Shown here piece by piece: positions 46,840 through 60,900 of a stretch of 64,000 bases of DNA (position 1 is its first letter; every line of letters begins with the position of its first letter). Source of the DNA: Paraspadella gotoi (lineage: Eukaryota > Animalia > Chaetognatha); contig CM119268.1 in NCBI GenBank assembly GCA_051294375.1, positions 14,151,240-14,215,239 of the forward strand, read 5' to 3'. The translations under genes were made by a program, and so were the position numbers. The notes below the pieces were generated by a model. The model was not told the origin of the DNA. It made no database searches and saw nothing but the letters and a program-made list of their open reading frames with translations.

Positions 46840-48074
46840 CACCACCGCCACCTCTGTGTCGATTCTTTTTTCTCTCTCTCTCTTTCGCTCACTCTCTCTT
46901 TTTTCTTTTTTTCTCTCTCCCCTAATTAGTATAATTAGCGAAAAATGCTTAAGAAATAATTTCAATCTTTGATCTTTTGCGCGATTACCGTCCGGGTTGC
47001 AGAGAGGAAGGGAAAGGGAGTAGGAAGGATTAATCCGTTACGCGTGACGGCGTTACGCTTATGATTACGCTACAATTTCAAGAACAAAGAATGTTTTTTG
47101 TTTTTTTACTGGTTAAAGTTTCGCCATAGAGTTGAGTTAGTCTGCCGAATGTCTGAATGGAAAACCTTCTTAATTTACTGATAATAATAGTATTATTAAT
47201 GATAAGAATAATAATAATTAGGAATGAGGGTAATTCCAATAATTTGAATCTGGTACATATGCTTTTCTTGCAGCAGTCTAAAAAAAAAAAAAAAAACTTG
47301 ACGAGTTTCTGGAGGAAATGGCCTAGTGTAAATGTTAGGTACCATAATGATAATATTTACTCGTGATTTTCATTGGTATACTTAAAAAAAAATTTAAAAA
47401 AATTCTTAATTTACTGTAAGCGACGAAAGCGCGAATTTTCCAAATTCGTTGAGGCCTCTTCGTCTGTGGCTCGAGCGGTAATAAAAAAAAATGTCCTTAC
47501 CCGGTGGCTCATCGCGACGCACTTACCTGAACGACGATTCAACTTTTATGAAGGAATAGAAAATGGGTTGGAAATTTCACGTAATAAGGAACGAGGCGGA
47601 AAGTGGATGGATAGGAAAGGGGATCCGTTGAAAAGGAAGAGTGTGATACTGATACTATGTGATAGTATGGATTAATTATTGCGAATTTCATTTGGGAGAA
47701 AACCAATCCTAAAACATTAGGAAATAGAATTATGAGCTCGAATGATCTACAATTCTACATAATTCTTAGCAAACTTAAAAAAATAAAAAGCACATGGAAA
47801 TAAAGGAGATATAAACTGCTGCTTGTGAAAGTGTTCAACTTAAAGACCTAAATTTCCAAATAACCGCTACAACCAGAAAAATTAATTGCAGAGGGAAAGT
47901 TCATTGCCTCTTTAACTGCCTTACCTCGTCAGTCGTCACCTCACTTCGCTTCACGCAGCCCCAACCACATTCCGTTCCATATCACCTTTTTTCTTCTCAT
48001 TTCCTTCCTCGTTCGAGGGTGAGTCCCAGGCGCTTAACTTTCCCGGAAATGGCGTCGTCGCCGTCGTCGGTGAG

Positions 48075-48110
<36 letters not shown>

Positions 48111-48348
48111 CACGGTGCCGCTGCTGCCGACGCATTCGTCATTATTACCTTTAATGGGTCTTTCTCGGTCTCGAAGGAAATGTTGACTTAATGTCTTCCG
48201 GGAGAACCTCATTGCATTAAATCTTCGACGTCGTCGTCGTCGTCGTCGTCGTCGTCAGCGGCGTTGTCACGGAATTTTTATAGAAGTCGAAATCGTCATT
48301 GGTCGCGAGATTCGGTCAATGATTTGGATGTAGTTTATGTTTCAGTGG

Positions 48349-49150
48349 AATATTGAGAATATTGAGAATATTGAGAATATTGAGAANNNNNNNNNNNNNN
48401 NNNNNNNNNNNNNNNNNNNNNNNNNNNNNNNNNNNNNNNNNNNNNNNNNNNNNNNNNNNNNNNNNNNNNNNNNNNNNNNNNNNNNNNNNNNNNNNNNNNN
48501 NNNNNNNNNNNNNNNNNNNNNNNNNNNNNNNNNNNNNNNNNNNNNNNNNNNNNNNNNNNNNNNNNNNNNNNNNNNNNNNNNNNNNNNNNNNNNNNNNNNN
48601 NNNNNNNNNNNNNNNNNNNNNNNNNNNNNNNNNNNNNNNNNNNNNNNNNNNNNNNNNNNNNNNNNNNNNNNNNNNNNNNNNNNNNNNNNNNNNNNNNNNN
48701 NNNNNNNNNNNNNNNNNNNNNNNNNNNNNNNNNNNNNNNNNNNNNNNNNNNNNNNNNNNNNNNNNNNNNNNNNNNNNNNNNNNNNNNNNNNNNNNNNNNN
48801 NNNNNNNNNNNNNNNNNNNNNNNNNNNNNNNNNNNNNNNNNNNNNNNNNNNNNNNNNNNNNNNNNNNNNNNNNNNNNNNNNNNNNNNNNNNNNNNAAGGA
48901 ATATGAGAAGATGAGATATTGAGAATATGGAGAATATGAGAATCTTTAGAATATTGGAAATTGAGAATATATTGAGAATATTGAGAATATTGAGAAATTG
49001 AGAATATTGAGAATATTGAGAATATTGAGAATATTGAGAATATTGAGAATATTGAGAATTCAGTTGAGAATATTGAGAATATTGAGAATATGAGAATCTT
49101 TAGAATATTGAGAATATTGAGAATATAGGAATTAGAACTATTGAGAATAA
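48349..49150. repeat. 9-bp satellite (AATATTGAG)n spanning an N gap
   Basis: aatattgagaatattgag on both sides of gap 48387-48895. Confidence 0.95.
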
Positions 49151-50149
49151 TCTCTCTCCAAGCGTGCATATGATGATTTCTTATGCAAAACCGTTTCACT
49201 TTAAAAATAAATCTGGAAGTAAAATAACCTGCGATAGCAAAAACAAAGTAAACCTTGATATATATGTATATTTATATACTTATAGTTTTACTTAACTCTT
49301 GCCAACTTCTGCGAAAAAAATGTTCGCTGTTTGACTCAACAACGAAGGGAATTAGACACAAACGTGAATAAATTATTTCTAATCGATTCGTCTGTTGCAA
49401 AAAAAAAANNNNNNNNNNNNNNNNNNNNNNNNNNNNNNNNNNNNNNNNNNNNNNNNNNNNNNNNNNNNNNNNNNNNNNNNNNNNNNNNNNNNNNNNNNNN
49501 NNNNNNNNNNNNNNNNNNNNNNNNNNNNNNNNNNNNNNNNNNNNNNNNNNNNNNNNNNNNNNNNNNNNNNNNNNNNNNNNNNNNNNNNNNNNNNNNNNNN
49601 NNNNNNNNNNNNNNNNNNNNNNNNNNNNNNNNNNNNNNNNNNNNNNNNNNNGAGAGAGAGAGAGAAGCCTTCAGCCGGGAGAAAAGAGAACAAAAGACAA
49701 CGAGGATAATGGGAGAACAATCGGTAGAATATCTAACAGATTTTTTTTTCTGAGAAGAAAGAAATTGAAAAAAAAATATTTAAGAGTATTTTTTTTAATT
49801 TCTAAGCTAAGTGAATCAAGTCTCACGGAGCCTGAATTGAATAAGGGCGAGCAGTAGCTCAACTGTATTTTCAACCAACTTTTTATCGTGAGAGTTTGCG
49901 TTTCAATTGAGATCGTTTTGAAAATATTTTGGTAAGGATCAAAGAAGCATGTAAAGTAATAGCTAGGAAGAGAGAGAGAGAGAGAGNNNNNNNNNNNNNN
50001 NNNNNNNNNNNNNNNNNNNNNNNNNNNNNNNNNNNNNNNNNNNNNNNNNNNNNNNNNNNNNNNNNNNNNNNNNNNNNNNNNNNNNNNNNNNNNNNNNNNN
50101 NNNNNNNNNNNNNNNNNNNNNNNNCCCGCCATTTGAGGGACACTTGGAT

Positions 50150-50480
50150 CATCATTAGTTTCCCCACGGACATCGGTCGAACTCTAATTGGCCCCTCGCA
50201 TCCTCTCTGCGCGCTCGATCCAGGCCCTACTCGATTCTACCCCAGCCTTTAAATATTCCTCTACAGCCTCTACAATTTTCCTTTTCACCGGAACCACATT
50301 CGTTGATGATATCAGCCAGTGCGATCGCTTTCTTCACCAAGTTTCATCACCCCATTCTGTTCCAGCATCATCACCCAGTTCCACTACAGCCTCATCATTT
50401 ACATTTTTCTCCTTGAGCCTTCGGAGTTTCCACTCCAGCGAAGTCGCTGCTCCTCCTCGCAACCTCGAAGTCTCTCGATG
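50150..50480 (+). mobile_element. Possible highly degraded non-LTR reverse transcriptase fragment
   Basis: In order across frames: GP..L..LDP, FVDDI, SEV..NLE. These resemble RT blocks B', YxDD and GLxxNxxK. Weak. Confidence 0.3.
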
Positions 50481-51659
50481 ACGAAGTCGTCTTCATATCT
50501 TTACACCCACCTCCCCATCCCACCTCCATCCCGTCCCACCACTTCCCCATCTCAACTAACTTCCATTCCTAAAATATCTTGCCCCTGTACCGCCCGGTCT
50601 TTNNNNNNNNNNNNNNNNNNNNNNNNNNNNNNNNNNNNNNNNNNNNNNNNNNNNNNNNNNNNNNNNNNNNNNNNNNNNNNNNNNNNNNNNNNNNNNNNNN
50701 NNNNNNNNNNNNNNNNNNNNNNNNNNNNNNNNNNNNNNNNNNNNNNNNNNNNNNNNNNNNNNNNNNNNNNNNNNNNNNNNNNNNNNNNNNNNNNNNNNCT
50801 CCTCCGCTTCCCCGGGACCGAGGCGTTCGCGCCCGAGGAAGCCCCGATGTTTCCTTTGTCAAGAACTCAAAAGGCCTCACTGTCCAGACCTGGACGTTCC
50901 GAACTCTCGCGCTGCGAATGGCGTTACGATTATTATCGAGTAATCGGCTCTGACAAGATGATCAGCGCGACGTCGGAGAGACTTTGACCAGGAACAAATC
51001 CGAGACTCAATTCATCTCTTCGCTTCGGATGCGAGGAGAGAGAGAAGGATGAGAAGAGACGGTAGACAGAGAGAAGAGGAAGAGATACGAGACGAGGAGC
51101 ACCAGAGCACAATATCCGGCGGCGAGACCGAGGATGCAGAGAGAGAGAGAGAGAGAGAGGTCTTATACGTTCCAAAGTCTGATTCCAAATTTATTTTTAT
51201 TTTTTCAAAAGTGCGAGAAAACACTCGTTTTCGTGCAGTCATAGTTAACGTGTCACTGTTACAGTTTAGATGAAGCGAAAGCAAAAAGAGAAATTTGAGC
51301 AGAGAATGAGAAGAAAAAAAAAGAAGACAAGAGAGACGCAAAGGCGCATCGGCCTTCAGAGATTGTTATTTTAAGATTGACAAGAATTTCGCTTTAAGTT
51401 TAACCCGACGCTTGCTCTAATCAATCGACCTGCAACGCGCGAACTTCTTCAAAAGCGAGTTAAAACGATAAAAATCATTCCAACATCTTCGCTCTTCGAC
51501 GCAACGTTAGCCAATCTCGAAGATCTAGATTAGTAGTTCGATGCCGACATATATTTCAATTTATTTTTTTAATAGTATTTATATTCGTTAAAATTTTTGC
51601 CGCGAAGAAAGTTTACGACAGGATAATTCATCAGGAAATCAAGAGATATCATTTCTACT

Positions 51660-53101
51660 ATGAGAGCGATGGCGGACGAGGGTAACATCCAACGATCGAT
51701 CGACTTAAAAAAAAAAAATCACTTAACTAATCAATTTGATTAATTTAATGATCGATAAATCGATCATTCCCTCAGACGACGAGCGACTTCAAGAAGAGTC
51801 CGAATCCTCGGCGCCTTCGCCAGTCCTCGTCTTCTTCGTCGTCATTCTCGTCATCGCCGCCTTCGTCGCCGCCGTCGTCGGCGTCTTCGTGGGGATGAAC
51901 CGAAGGAAGAAGAAGAATGAGGCGAAGAGAGCGAGGGAGACGCAGCGTAAGGTGATTCGTGAGTCGGAGTGAGTGTGAACCGGGCGTTGAGTCGGTGAAT
52001 GACATCGGATTAAAGTGATGACGGTTCTCGGAAAAGCCAGAATACTTGATCTGTTAATCTTAACGCTCTGACTTTTCTTTTTAATCTGATTAGAAATTAT
52101 TTAATCTAAATTGAAAAAAAATAAAAAGATGGAAAATTATGACGAAATTACGACGTCTAAGTTTAAAAATTGCTTCATCAATTAATCAGTTAATATCAAA
52201 CGTCTAAGTTTAAAAATTACTTCATCAATTAATCAGTTAATATCAGACGTCTAAGTTTAAAAATTACTTCATGAATTAATCAGTTAATATCAAACGTCGA
52301 AGCAAAAAGGACGTTAAATCTGAGTGAAGAATTAAAATTGAATTTCTCGATTAATAATTTAATTAGAAAAAGGACAAAAAGGCCGATTTCGGAATATTAT
52401 ATACATAATTTAAGTGTAGAAAAAAAAGAAAGAATGATATCTGGCCGAAGTCGAAACTCGAATTTACTTTTTATTGGAAGCTGAAGTCGCGTAGTAAAGC
52501 GAAGCCCAAGGCGTTAAACAGCGGTTGGAGTCAACATGGCTTTTTTTGAGAGAAGAGAAAAAAAAAATTCGATGGTCGAAGGGACTTTGGCCATATTTTT
52601 CTTTTTGTTTTACCGGACGCGAGGGTCACAAAATCTTTCATAATGAATCATCCTTTAATTTTAATGTATGAAATTGTCACAATCTCCGTGACAAGGGTTC
52701 GAATCTTATTTTTTCCCGATTCCGATTCCTTTTTAAATTTTCGACGCCTCATTAATAAAAAATAAAAATAATCTTGACTTTCAGTGGGAGGAAAGGGATA
52801 AAGCAGATGCTGAGATGGACAGACAACTGATGCAAGCGCAAATTCCTCTCATGCAAGAGAATCTGGTCAGTTTAAACGGAAAGTGAAACAAATGTTGTCG
52901 TCGGAAAATCGATCAATCGATCGATCGATCAATCGATCGATCTATCAATCAATCGATCAATCAATCGTCAATCAATCGTCAATGAATCTCTGGTCCCGTT
53001 GCAGGAGCACGAGGAGGCGGAGAAGAAAAAAAATTTCGACGAAAAACTGAAGAAAATTCTTGAAAACAAAAACGCGGCTACAATGATTAAAAATAATAAT
53101 A

Positions 53102-53166
<65 letters not shown>

Positions 53167-53256
53167 CATAAGAGTACATTTTTTTTAGTCTCCGGATCAG
53201 TTTCCGCATCGTTTACGGATGGACAGCTCAACGCGAAGCAAAGTGGCGAAGAATAA
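51660..53256 (+). CDS. Small single-pass membrane protein with charged cytoplasmic tail (unknown family)
   Basis: Phase-consistent GT-AG exons 51660-51681, 51776-51951, 52785-52865, 53005-53256: MRAMADEDDERLQEESESSAPSP-VLVFFVVILVIAAFVAAVVGVFVGM-NRRKKKNEAKRARETQRKWEERDKADAEMDRQLMQAQIPLMQENLEHEEAEKKKNFDEKLKKIL.. The 3' exon structure is uncertain around the (AAT)n tract. Confidence 0.7.
52154..52297. repeat. 47-bp tandem repeat x3
   Basis: cgtctaagtttaaaaattacttcatcaattaatcagttaatatcaaa at 52154, 52201 and 52248. Confidence 0.95.
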
Positions 53257-54598
53257 GGAAATGAAAAAAAAACTACTTAACACAAACACATTGAAATGAG
53301 CAATATAAACGATATTAACGGATTGACTCCAATCAATAAAACTATTAGTATCTAAAGACTTATCCACAAGACATACCGAAAGGAAGTAAAAGGCTTTCGG
53401 AAATGTCAGTTATTAAAGTTCGTAAGGCTTGTTCTTCAAGACAACTCGCGTCTCTTAAGAAAAAAAATTTTGGGAAAAAAGATCGCTCAATAACTGAAAA
53501 AAAGCTCGACTTTTCTTTCTTATTTTCTTATTTTCCAGTTTCTACCTTTGAGTTTTTCCTCTTTCCTTTTTAAGCTCTTCTCCTCTTCCTCTCGGCCAAG
53601 GCTGAAGAGAGAGAGANNNNNNNNNNNNNNNNNNNNNNNNNNNNNNNNNNNNNNNNNNNNNNNNNNNNNNNNNNNNNNNNNNNNNNNNNNNNNNNNNNNN
53701 NNNNNNNNNNNNNNNNNNNNNNNNNNNNNNNNNNNNNNNNNNNNNNNNNNNNNNNNNNGAGAGAGAGAGAGAACGCGATCCCCTTGGCTAACGGGACCCG
53801 ATCAAGATGAATGTTCATTTTTGTGTTCGACCAAATAATCATTTAATCTTGGGTCCTTTAACACAACATTGAACCGGGGCCTCCGGCCGTCGACGACGAC
53901 GACGACGACGACTACGAGAACGACGACGACGACGACGACGACGACGACTATGACGGCTGGCGACGGAAAGGGTTTTGCAAATGGAACTAATGACGTCGAT
54001 CACGCAGANNNNNNNNNNNNNNNNNNNNNNNNNNNNNNNNNNNNNNNNNNNNNNNNNNNNNNNNNNNNNNNNNNNNNNNNNNNNNNNNNNNNNNNNNNNN
54101 NNNNNNNNNNNNNNNNNNNNNNNNNNNNNNNNNNNNNNNNNNNNNNNNNNNNNNNNNNNNNNNNNNNNNNNNNNNNNNNNNNNNNNNNNNNNNNNNNNNN
54201 NNNNNNNNNNNNNNNNNNNNNNNNNNNNNNNNNNNNNNNNNNNGGGGAGAAATGAAAGATGAAATTAGTGAAGTATGTAGAATTAGAAAGATGAAAAATA
54301 GAGGAAGGAGGACGTCAACTGGTTAGAAAATAAAGAGCGATAAAAAGAGAGGTGAGAGGAAGAAGAAGAGAAAAGAAGGAATCTGGATGATAAGTAATGG
54401 ATTAGTAATGGATTTTAGAAGATAATCATAATCGAGATAGAAGCAGGGCAAACATTGTAAAATTTAATGCTTAAAACACGAAAAATCTTGAATAAGCATC
54501 AAAATTACCAGGAAACTAAAAGGTGTGAATCACCGAAATGGGTATCATCATCGGGTGGTGACTGAAATAAAAGATTGAGAAATGAAAAGTGAGTGAGT

Positions 54599-54637
<39 letters not shown>

Positions 54638-55267
54638 NNNNNNNNNNNNNNNNNNNNNNNNNNNNNNNNNNNNNNNNNNNNNNNNNNNNNNNNNNNNNNN
54701 NNNNNNNNNNNNNNNNNNNNNNNNNNNNNNNNNNNNNNNNNNNNNNNNNNNNNNNNNNNNNNNNNNNNNNNNNNNNNNNNNNNNNNNNNNNNNNNNNNNT
54801 TTTTTTCTCTCTCTCTTTATAAAATAGCGTCGTTTGCTTTCTCGAGTTTAGCCGCGGCGTGCTCGTTTTAATCAGGGCCTTCACCAACTCACAGTGATCA
54901 TTAGCGGCGGTCGTCGTCGTCGTCGTCGTCGTCGTCGTCTCACTCATCTTTTTTTACGGTTGTCATGCCAACGATGTCTTGTAATTTCTTTCACGTCAAA
55001 AGCGAAAAAAAAAAAAAATAAAACCTTGTGAATCGATACGTGAGTTTAATTCATTCAAAATCAAATAGTTTTGTTTCAGAATAATCTAACTTTAAATAAG
55101 CCAATAAAGGAACTATATCACTATTATACCGTGGTACAATTGTTAAATGCTTAGCATGCTCCTAATTTTTCTTGGTGATGAGAGGAGGGTAAACGCGAAG
55201 ATGACATATCAAGCAGTGTCACTTACGAATCAAGCTGTCGTGCGGTCACGTGACCCACTCGCTCCAC

Positions 55268-55358
55268 AATCATCATCATCATTATCATCATCATTATCAT
55301 AATCGTAGTGGTCATCGCCATCATTATCATCATCATCATCATCATTATCATTATCATT

Positions 55359-55405
<47 letters not shown>

Positions 55406-55406
55406 T

Positions 55407-55445
<39 letters not shown>

Positions 55446-55510
55446 GTCGTCGTCGTCGTCGTCGTCGTCATTATCATCATCATCATCTTCATCGTAATCG
55501 TGTTCGTCAT
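55268..55510. repeat. Compound (ATC)n/(GTC)n trinucleotide microsatellite
   Basis: Direct; it generates the poly-H/D/M/I ORFs in the track. Confidence 0.95.
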
Positions 55511-56176
55511 TCTTTTCCACGTTGGCGGCTAAAAAGCTTCCGAAATGAATTCCATTTGCGCGATATTAGATCTTCAAATTGAGAAAAATTGGTTTTGAGA
55601 CAAAATCCATGAAAATTTTATGCCGAGATCTTTCTCTCTCTCTCTCTCGGGGGGAAAAGAGGGAGGTAGGGAAGGGGAGTGCCGGGTGGGAGAGGGAAAA
55701 AGGCGGAAGATGGTGGTTCACATGGTGGTGGTGTTTCGAAGTGTGGTTAGACGCTGTTTCAACACACCGCAGCCAGTGGCAGGGGCAAAAGAGCTTAATT
55801 ATTAAATAAATGGATAATTTTAATATTGGTTCCCGCTATTTTATAGTGGTTTGTTCTGGTGGCTCCGGTTTTACAACGTCTGTTGACCACTGACCCCTGA
55901 CCACTGACCACTGACCACAATGACCAGTGCCGAAGTCAAAAAAGCCAGAAACAAGGGAAAGAGGGACTGGGTCTCCTTAGAATTGGTTACCGTTACTGTC
56001 TATTTTCTGTAATCTTAGGAGACCCTTTTTGATGGTAGTACGTATGAACCGAAGAAATCTCCTTCGATCTGGAGAGTTGATTTGAGATGAAAATTGTTTA
56101 AGGCGGAAGCATGATTTAATTTTTTATGGGTGATTATTACGTCAAGGACCCTTTTAGTGTTAAAACACCAGCTCTC

Positions 56177-56224
<48 letters not shown>

Positions 56225-56518
56225 TTGCACTCAATGACCCTCACTCTCCCTCGCCGCATCTCGGGCCATCTTTGTTCCATGTTTACAAGTTCTTGCTCCC
56301 TCCATTAATCATATTTTTCTTCACTATTCGCGTCTGACAGGAACAACTCTGATATTTTTTTTCTCACCTGAAACATGTATTCTTTTTCTTCCCTGAAAAA
56401 TACCGAAGGGAAAAAAATCTTTTCTCTTCTCTTTTTTAAAATTAAATTTGGAAGAATCTTTAACTTTTTTTTCTTATCAGGAAACAAAGTGACTGAGGCT
56501 GGTCGAAAATTGTGGGGT

Positions 56519-56519
<1 letters not shown>

Positions 56520-56553
<34 letters not shown>

Positions 56554-57068
56554 TCCTTAAATTTAGCGTGAGCAATCCTCTGGTCTGGCTCGCTACGCAC
56601 GTTCTTTTCGACTCTTGAATCTCTTCATTTCCCTCAAGCGCTCAAATCACACACACAGAATCAGTCCCTTTCTTCCGTCTCTCTCTCTCGTTCTCGCCTC
56701 TTTTCTTCTCTGCGGTGCTTCTCTCCATGGCTCTCCTCATCTCTCTCTCTTGGTCAGACTCTTTAATTTAGAGTGGAGCAACGTCGCGCTCTCTCAGTCA
56801 CTTTCTTTCCCTCTTTGAACTTCATTTCCCTCAGAGCGGCATCCAGAAATCCTCACAACACAGACATCAAGTGCGCTTCTCTCTCTCTGCTCTCTCTCTC
56901 TTTCTCTCTCTCTCTCCTCCTTGCTCTCTCTCTGGTCCTTTAATTTAGAGTGAGCAACTCTTTCTCTCTCGCACTTTCTTTCCCTCTTTGAATCTCTTCA
57001 TTCCCTCAAGCGCTCAAAATCTCAACAGACAGAATCAGTCCTTTCTCCTCTCTCTGCTCTCTCCTCTT

Positions 57069-57101
<33 letters not shown>

Positions 57102-57309
57102 TGGTCCTTTAATTTAGAGTGAGCAACTCTTTCTCTCTCGCACTTTGAATCAGAATCAGTCCTTTTCCTCTCTCTCTCCTCTCTCTCTCCTCTTGTCCTT
57201 TTTAATTTAGAGTGAAGCAACTCTTTCTCCCTCGTCCACTTTCCTTTCCCTCTTTGAATCTCTTCATTTCCCTCAAGCGCGTCAAAATCTCACACACAGA
57301 ATCCAGTCC

Positions 57310-57344
<35 letters not shown>

Positions 57345-57765
57345 TCCTTTAATTTAGAGTGAGCAACTCTTTCTCTCTCGCACTTTTTTTCCCTCTTTGA
57401 ATCTCTTCATTTCCCTCAGCGCTCAAAAATCTCACACACAGAAATCAGTCTCTCCTCTTCTCTCTCTCTCTCCTCTATGGTCCTTTAATTTAGAGTGAGC
57501 AACTCTTTCTCTCTCGCACTTTCTTCTCCTCTTTGAATCTCTTCATTTCCCTCAAGCGCTCAAAATCTCACACACGAGAATCAGTTCTTTCTCTCTCTTC
57601 TTCTCTCCTCTCTCTTTCCTCTCTCTCTCTTCTCTCTCTTGGTCCTTTAATTTAGAGTGAGCAACCTCTTTTCTCTCTCTCGCACTTTCTTTCCCTCTTT
57701 GAATCTCCTTCATTTCCCCAAGCGCCTCAAATCTTCCTCACACACACGAATCAGTCCTTTCTCTT
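56520..57765. repeat. Satellite of ~130-140-bp units with an embedded variable (CT)n tract, ~8 copies
   Basis: tggtcctttaatttagagtgagcaactctttctctctcgcactttctttccctctttgaatctcttcatttccctcaagcgctcaaaatctcacacacagaatcagtc-(ct)n, repeated. Confidence 0.92.
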
Positions 57766-57769
57766 TCCC

Positions 57770-58497
57770 GCTTCTCCTCCCTCCTCTTCTCTCCCTCTCC
57801 TCATCTCGTCTCTTCTCTCTCTCTCCAACTTTCCCTTCTTTCCTTCTTTTCCATTTTTTTCTTCCTCCCTCTCTCCCCCCTCTCTCTCTTGCTCCCTCTC
57901 TCTGCTCTCCTCCCTCTCCCGGCGCGGAATGATAAATGCGGGTTGTTGACTGTTGCCCCAGTTCCGTGGTGACCAGCGAGAGAGGAGGGGGAATCCTAAT
58001 TACCACCCCATCCTTCTTTCTTACTTATCTTCTTTCTTTTATCAGTTTCTCTTCGGTCTTCCTTCTTTTCTTTTTTCTTGTCTTCCTTTCTTTTTTTTTT
58101 TCTTCTTTCCTTTTTTTTTTCTTCTCTTTTTGATTTTTTTTCTTATTATTTTTTTTCTTTATTTTATTCTTTTTTCTTCTCTTTTATTATTTTTCTCTTT
58201 TCTTTTTTTTTTTGCTTTATCTTTTTTTTTCTTTTCTATTTCCTATTCTCTTTTCTCTTCATTTTTTTATTTTCTTTTTTTTCTTTTTTTTTTTCACCCT
58301 CGATCGATTTCTTTTCATTTTTTCCCTCATCTTTTCAATCGAACACAATCGTTTAATGGACATCGAAAAAATAATAAACAATAGAAAAACTAACGGGGAA
58401 GATAAAAAAAAGGACTTTGAAGATGAAGATGAGCCCGTTTAAAAAAAACGGGAACAAAAGAAAAGAAGACATGGAGAAAAGAGAGAGAGAGAGAGAG

Positions 58498-58576
<79 letters not shown>

Positions 58577-60679
58577 AAAGGAAGGCAGAAAAGTAAAGAA
58601 AAGGAAACAAAAGAGGGGAAAGAGAAGAACAGAAGGGGATTGGAGAAGAGGAGACAAGAAAATTGTAAAAATTCACGAAGACGACGGCGAAAAGTGGAGG
58701 AGGAGGAGGAGGAGAAGGAGGAGGAGGAGGAGGATGTGATTGATTGCCTCCAGAGGTGAGGAGCAGCGAGACGAGGAGAATGAAGAAAGAGAGGAAGAGG
58801 GTTGTGAGGGTAGGAGGGAGGAAGGGAGGAAGAACTAGAGGAAAAAGAGATAGGAGGAAGGAAAGGGGATAAAAGTAAGAATAAGGGAAGGGACGAGCGA
58901 GTAAAAAAAGGAGAGCTAAAGTGGGAATATTAAAAGAATGAGCAAATTAAAAAGAGAAAAGGGATAGAGAGATCGAAAAAGAGAAGAATGAAGATCGGGG
59001 GAGGAAGAAGGAAAGAGGGAGGAAAGGAAAACGGAAAACCTGGCGGGATTGACGCGGAAGAGAGAAAAAGAGCGGTAAGAAGGAATAAGAGAGAAAAAGG
59101 AAGAGAATAAAGAGAAGAGAAGAAAAGGAGGCGGTGGGGGCGGAGGGGGGAGGGGGCAGGTGGACGGAGAAAGCGTCGAGGAAAGCAGCGAGGCGGAAAG
59201 AAGAAAGAAAAAAGGCGGGAAGAGTTGAAACTTGAAAGAAAGAAAAAGAAAAAAAAAAGGAAGGAAACAGTGTAAAGATGAAAAGAATAGAGAAACAGCG
59301 CGGGGAACGAAATGTAGGTGGAATTAAGGAGAGAGAAACGATAGGAATTTAAGAACCCCCCCCTTTTTTTTTAAAAGGAAGAGGACGAACGAGGACATTC
59401 CGGACGTTTGGGGTCTGAACGGGAGAAGAACGGAGGTGGGAATTTCGGTTAAGGGATGATGAAGATTTTGGATGTGAAATCTGCGGAAAAAATCTTCGGA
59501 ATTGACTCGATAATTAAGGGGACGTTAGAAGTTAAGGTTTTAGCATTTTGAATAACTTTTGTTTTTAAGGTTTAAGTTTCTGTGAAGGTCTTTATCGCGA
59601 TGTTACATGCCTTGATTACATAATTAAAAGTAGAAGCCACTAAAAATTCTTAAGCATCAAAATTAACACATCCAAAGGCATTCGATTATGGCCTTCGTAT
59701 CAGCAAAAATGCCGTATTTCTATAATACCGAACCAAACCAAAGTCGGAGGCAATTTCATATTGATAAGATTTTAAGCGATTGGTTGACTGGTTGACGGAG
59801 TATAACATCATTTTTTAGGAAATGTACTATTGATAATAATAATCGTTGTATTGGCACTCAATAAACATTTCCTAATATTCACTTAGCAACGAAAAGAGAG
59901 AAAATAATACAACATCATTTTTTATAATTAGAGTTAGTTTTAAAATGCCACGAGTTTTTTTTTAAGATGGCGCGAAAAGGCTTCTCGGCTTTGATCGATG
60001 TTAAGACATGAGCGTAGAAGGGAAACCAAGACGAAAGGACGACAGAAAAGACGAAGTGAGATTATGATTGGAAACGCGGCGTTGGTGGGGGGAGATGGGA
60101 AAAGTGGGGGGGAGGTTGGAGAAGGGAGAGTGGGGGAGAAAAGGGGAGGAGGAAGAGGGGAGGGGGGAGTGGAAGGGAGAAAGTGGGGAAAGAGGAAAAA
60201 AGGGGAGAATGAGAAAGGAGAAAAAAGGAACGAGGGTGGAAAATGGAAGGAAGAGGAAAAGAGGAAAATAGCAGACGAGGAATGAGTAAAGAAGAGGAGG
60301 TAGAAAAGTGAGGGAGGAGATAGAAGATAGAAGATGAGGGAAGATAAAAACATGATAAAGAGAAAGAGGAGATAATAAAGGAAAAAGAGGAGAAGGACTG
60401 CGGAGAGAAAAGGGGAGAGAAGAGATTAGTAGAAGAGGAAAAAGACTAGGAGAAGAGGAAAAGATGGAAGAGAAGAGAAGAAGAAGTGAGAGGAGAAAAG
60501 AAAGAGGAAATGGAATGAGAGGAAAAAGAAGAGGGAGAGAGGATGAGCGTGAAAATCAGTCTGGAAGACGGATGAAGGACGAGTCGAGGGACAACTTACA
60601 TTTTCGAAGGACAAATTCGAGATAGGACATTCTAACGAGAGATCAATGAAAAACACTGAGAGAGAGAGAAGGAGGAGAG

Positions 60680-60728
<49 letters not shown>

Positions 60729-60900
60729 AGGCGAAAGAAAAAAGTTAAAGAGGGAGGAATTAGAAAAAAAAAACTGGAAAGAGGACGAAATCGGATGGGA
60801 CGAAAAGAAAAAGTCGAAAACTGGGGGGGGGCGGAGGAGGAGAACTGGAGGGGGGACAACTTGGAAGGTTTTGATCCTTAAACTTGGTGGATGAATGAGG
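57770..60900. repeat. Extended polypyrimidine then polypurine low-complexity DNA, including (GAAA)n and (GA)n
   Basis: Direct composition; no splice-consistent ORF found. Confidence 0.85.

Noticed and set aside
52154-52297. CRISPR-like 47-bp repeat
   Set aside because: Head-to-tail copies with no spacers; an intronic minisatellite.
55223-55582. Poly-Asp / poly-His / poly-Met ORFs
   Set aside because: The trinucleotide microsatellite is open in several frames, with no splice-linked unique coding sequence.
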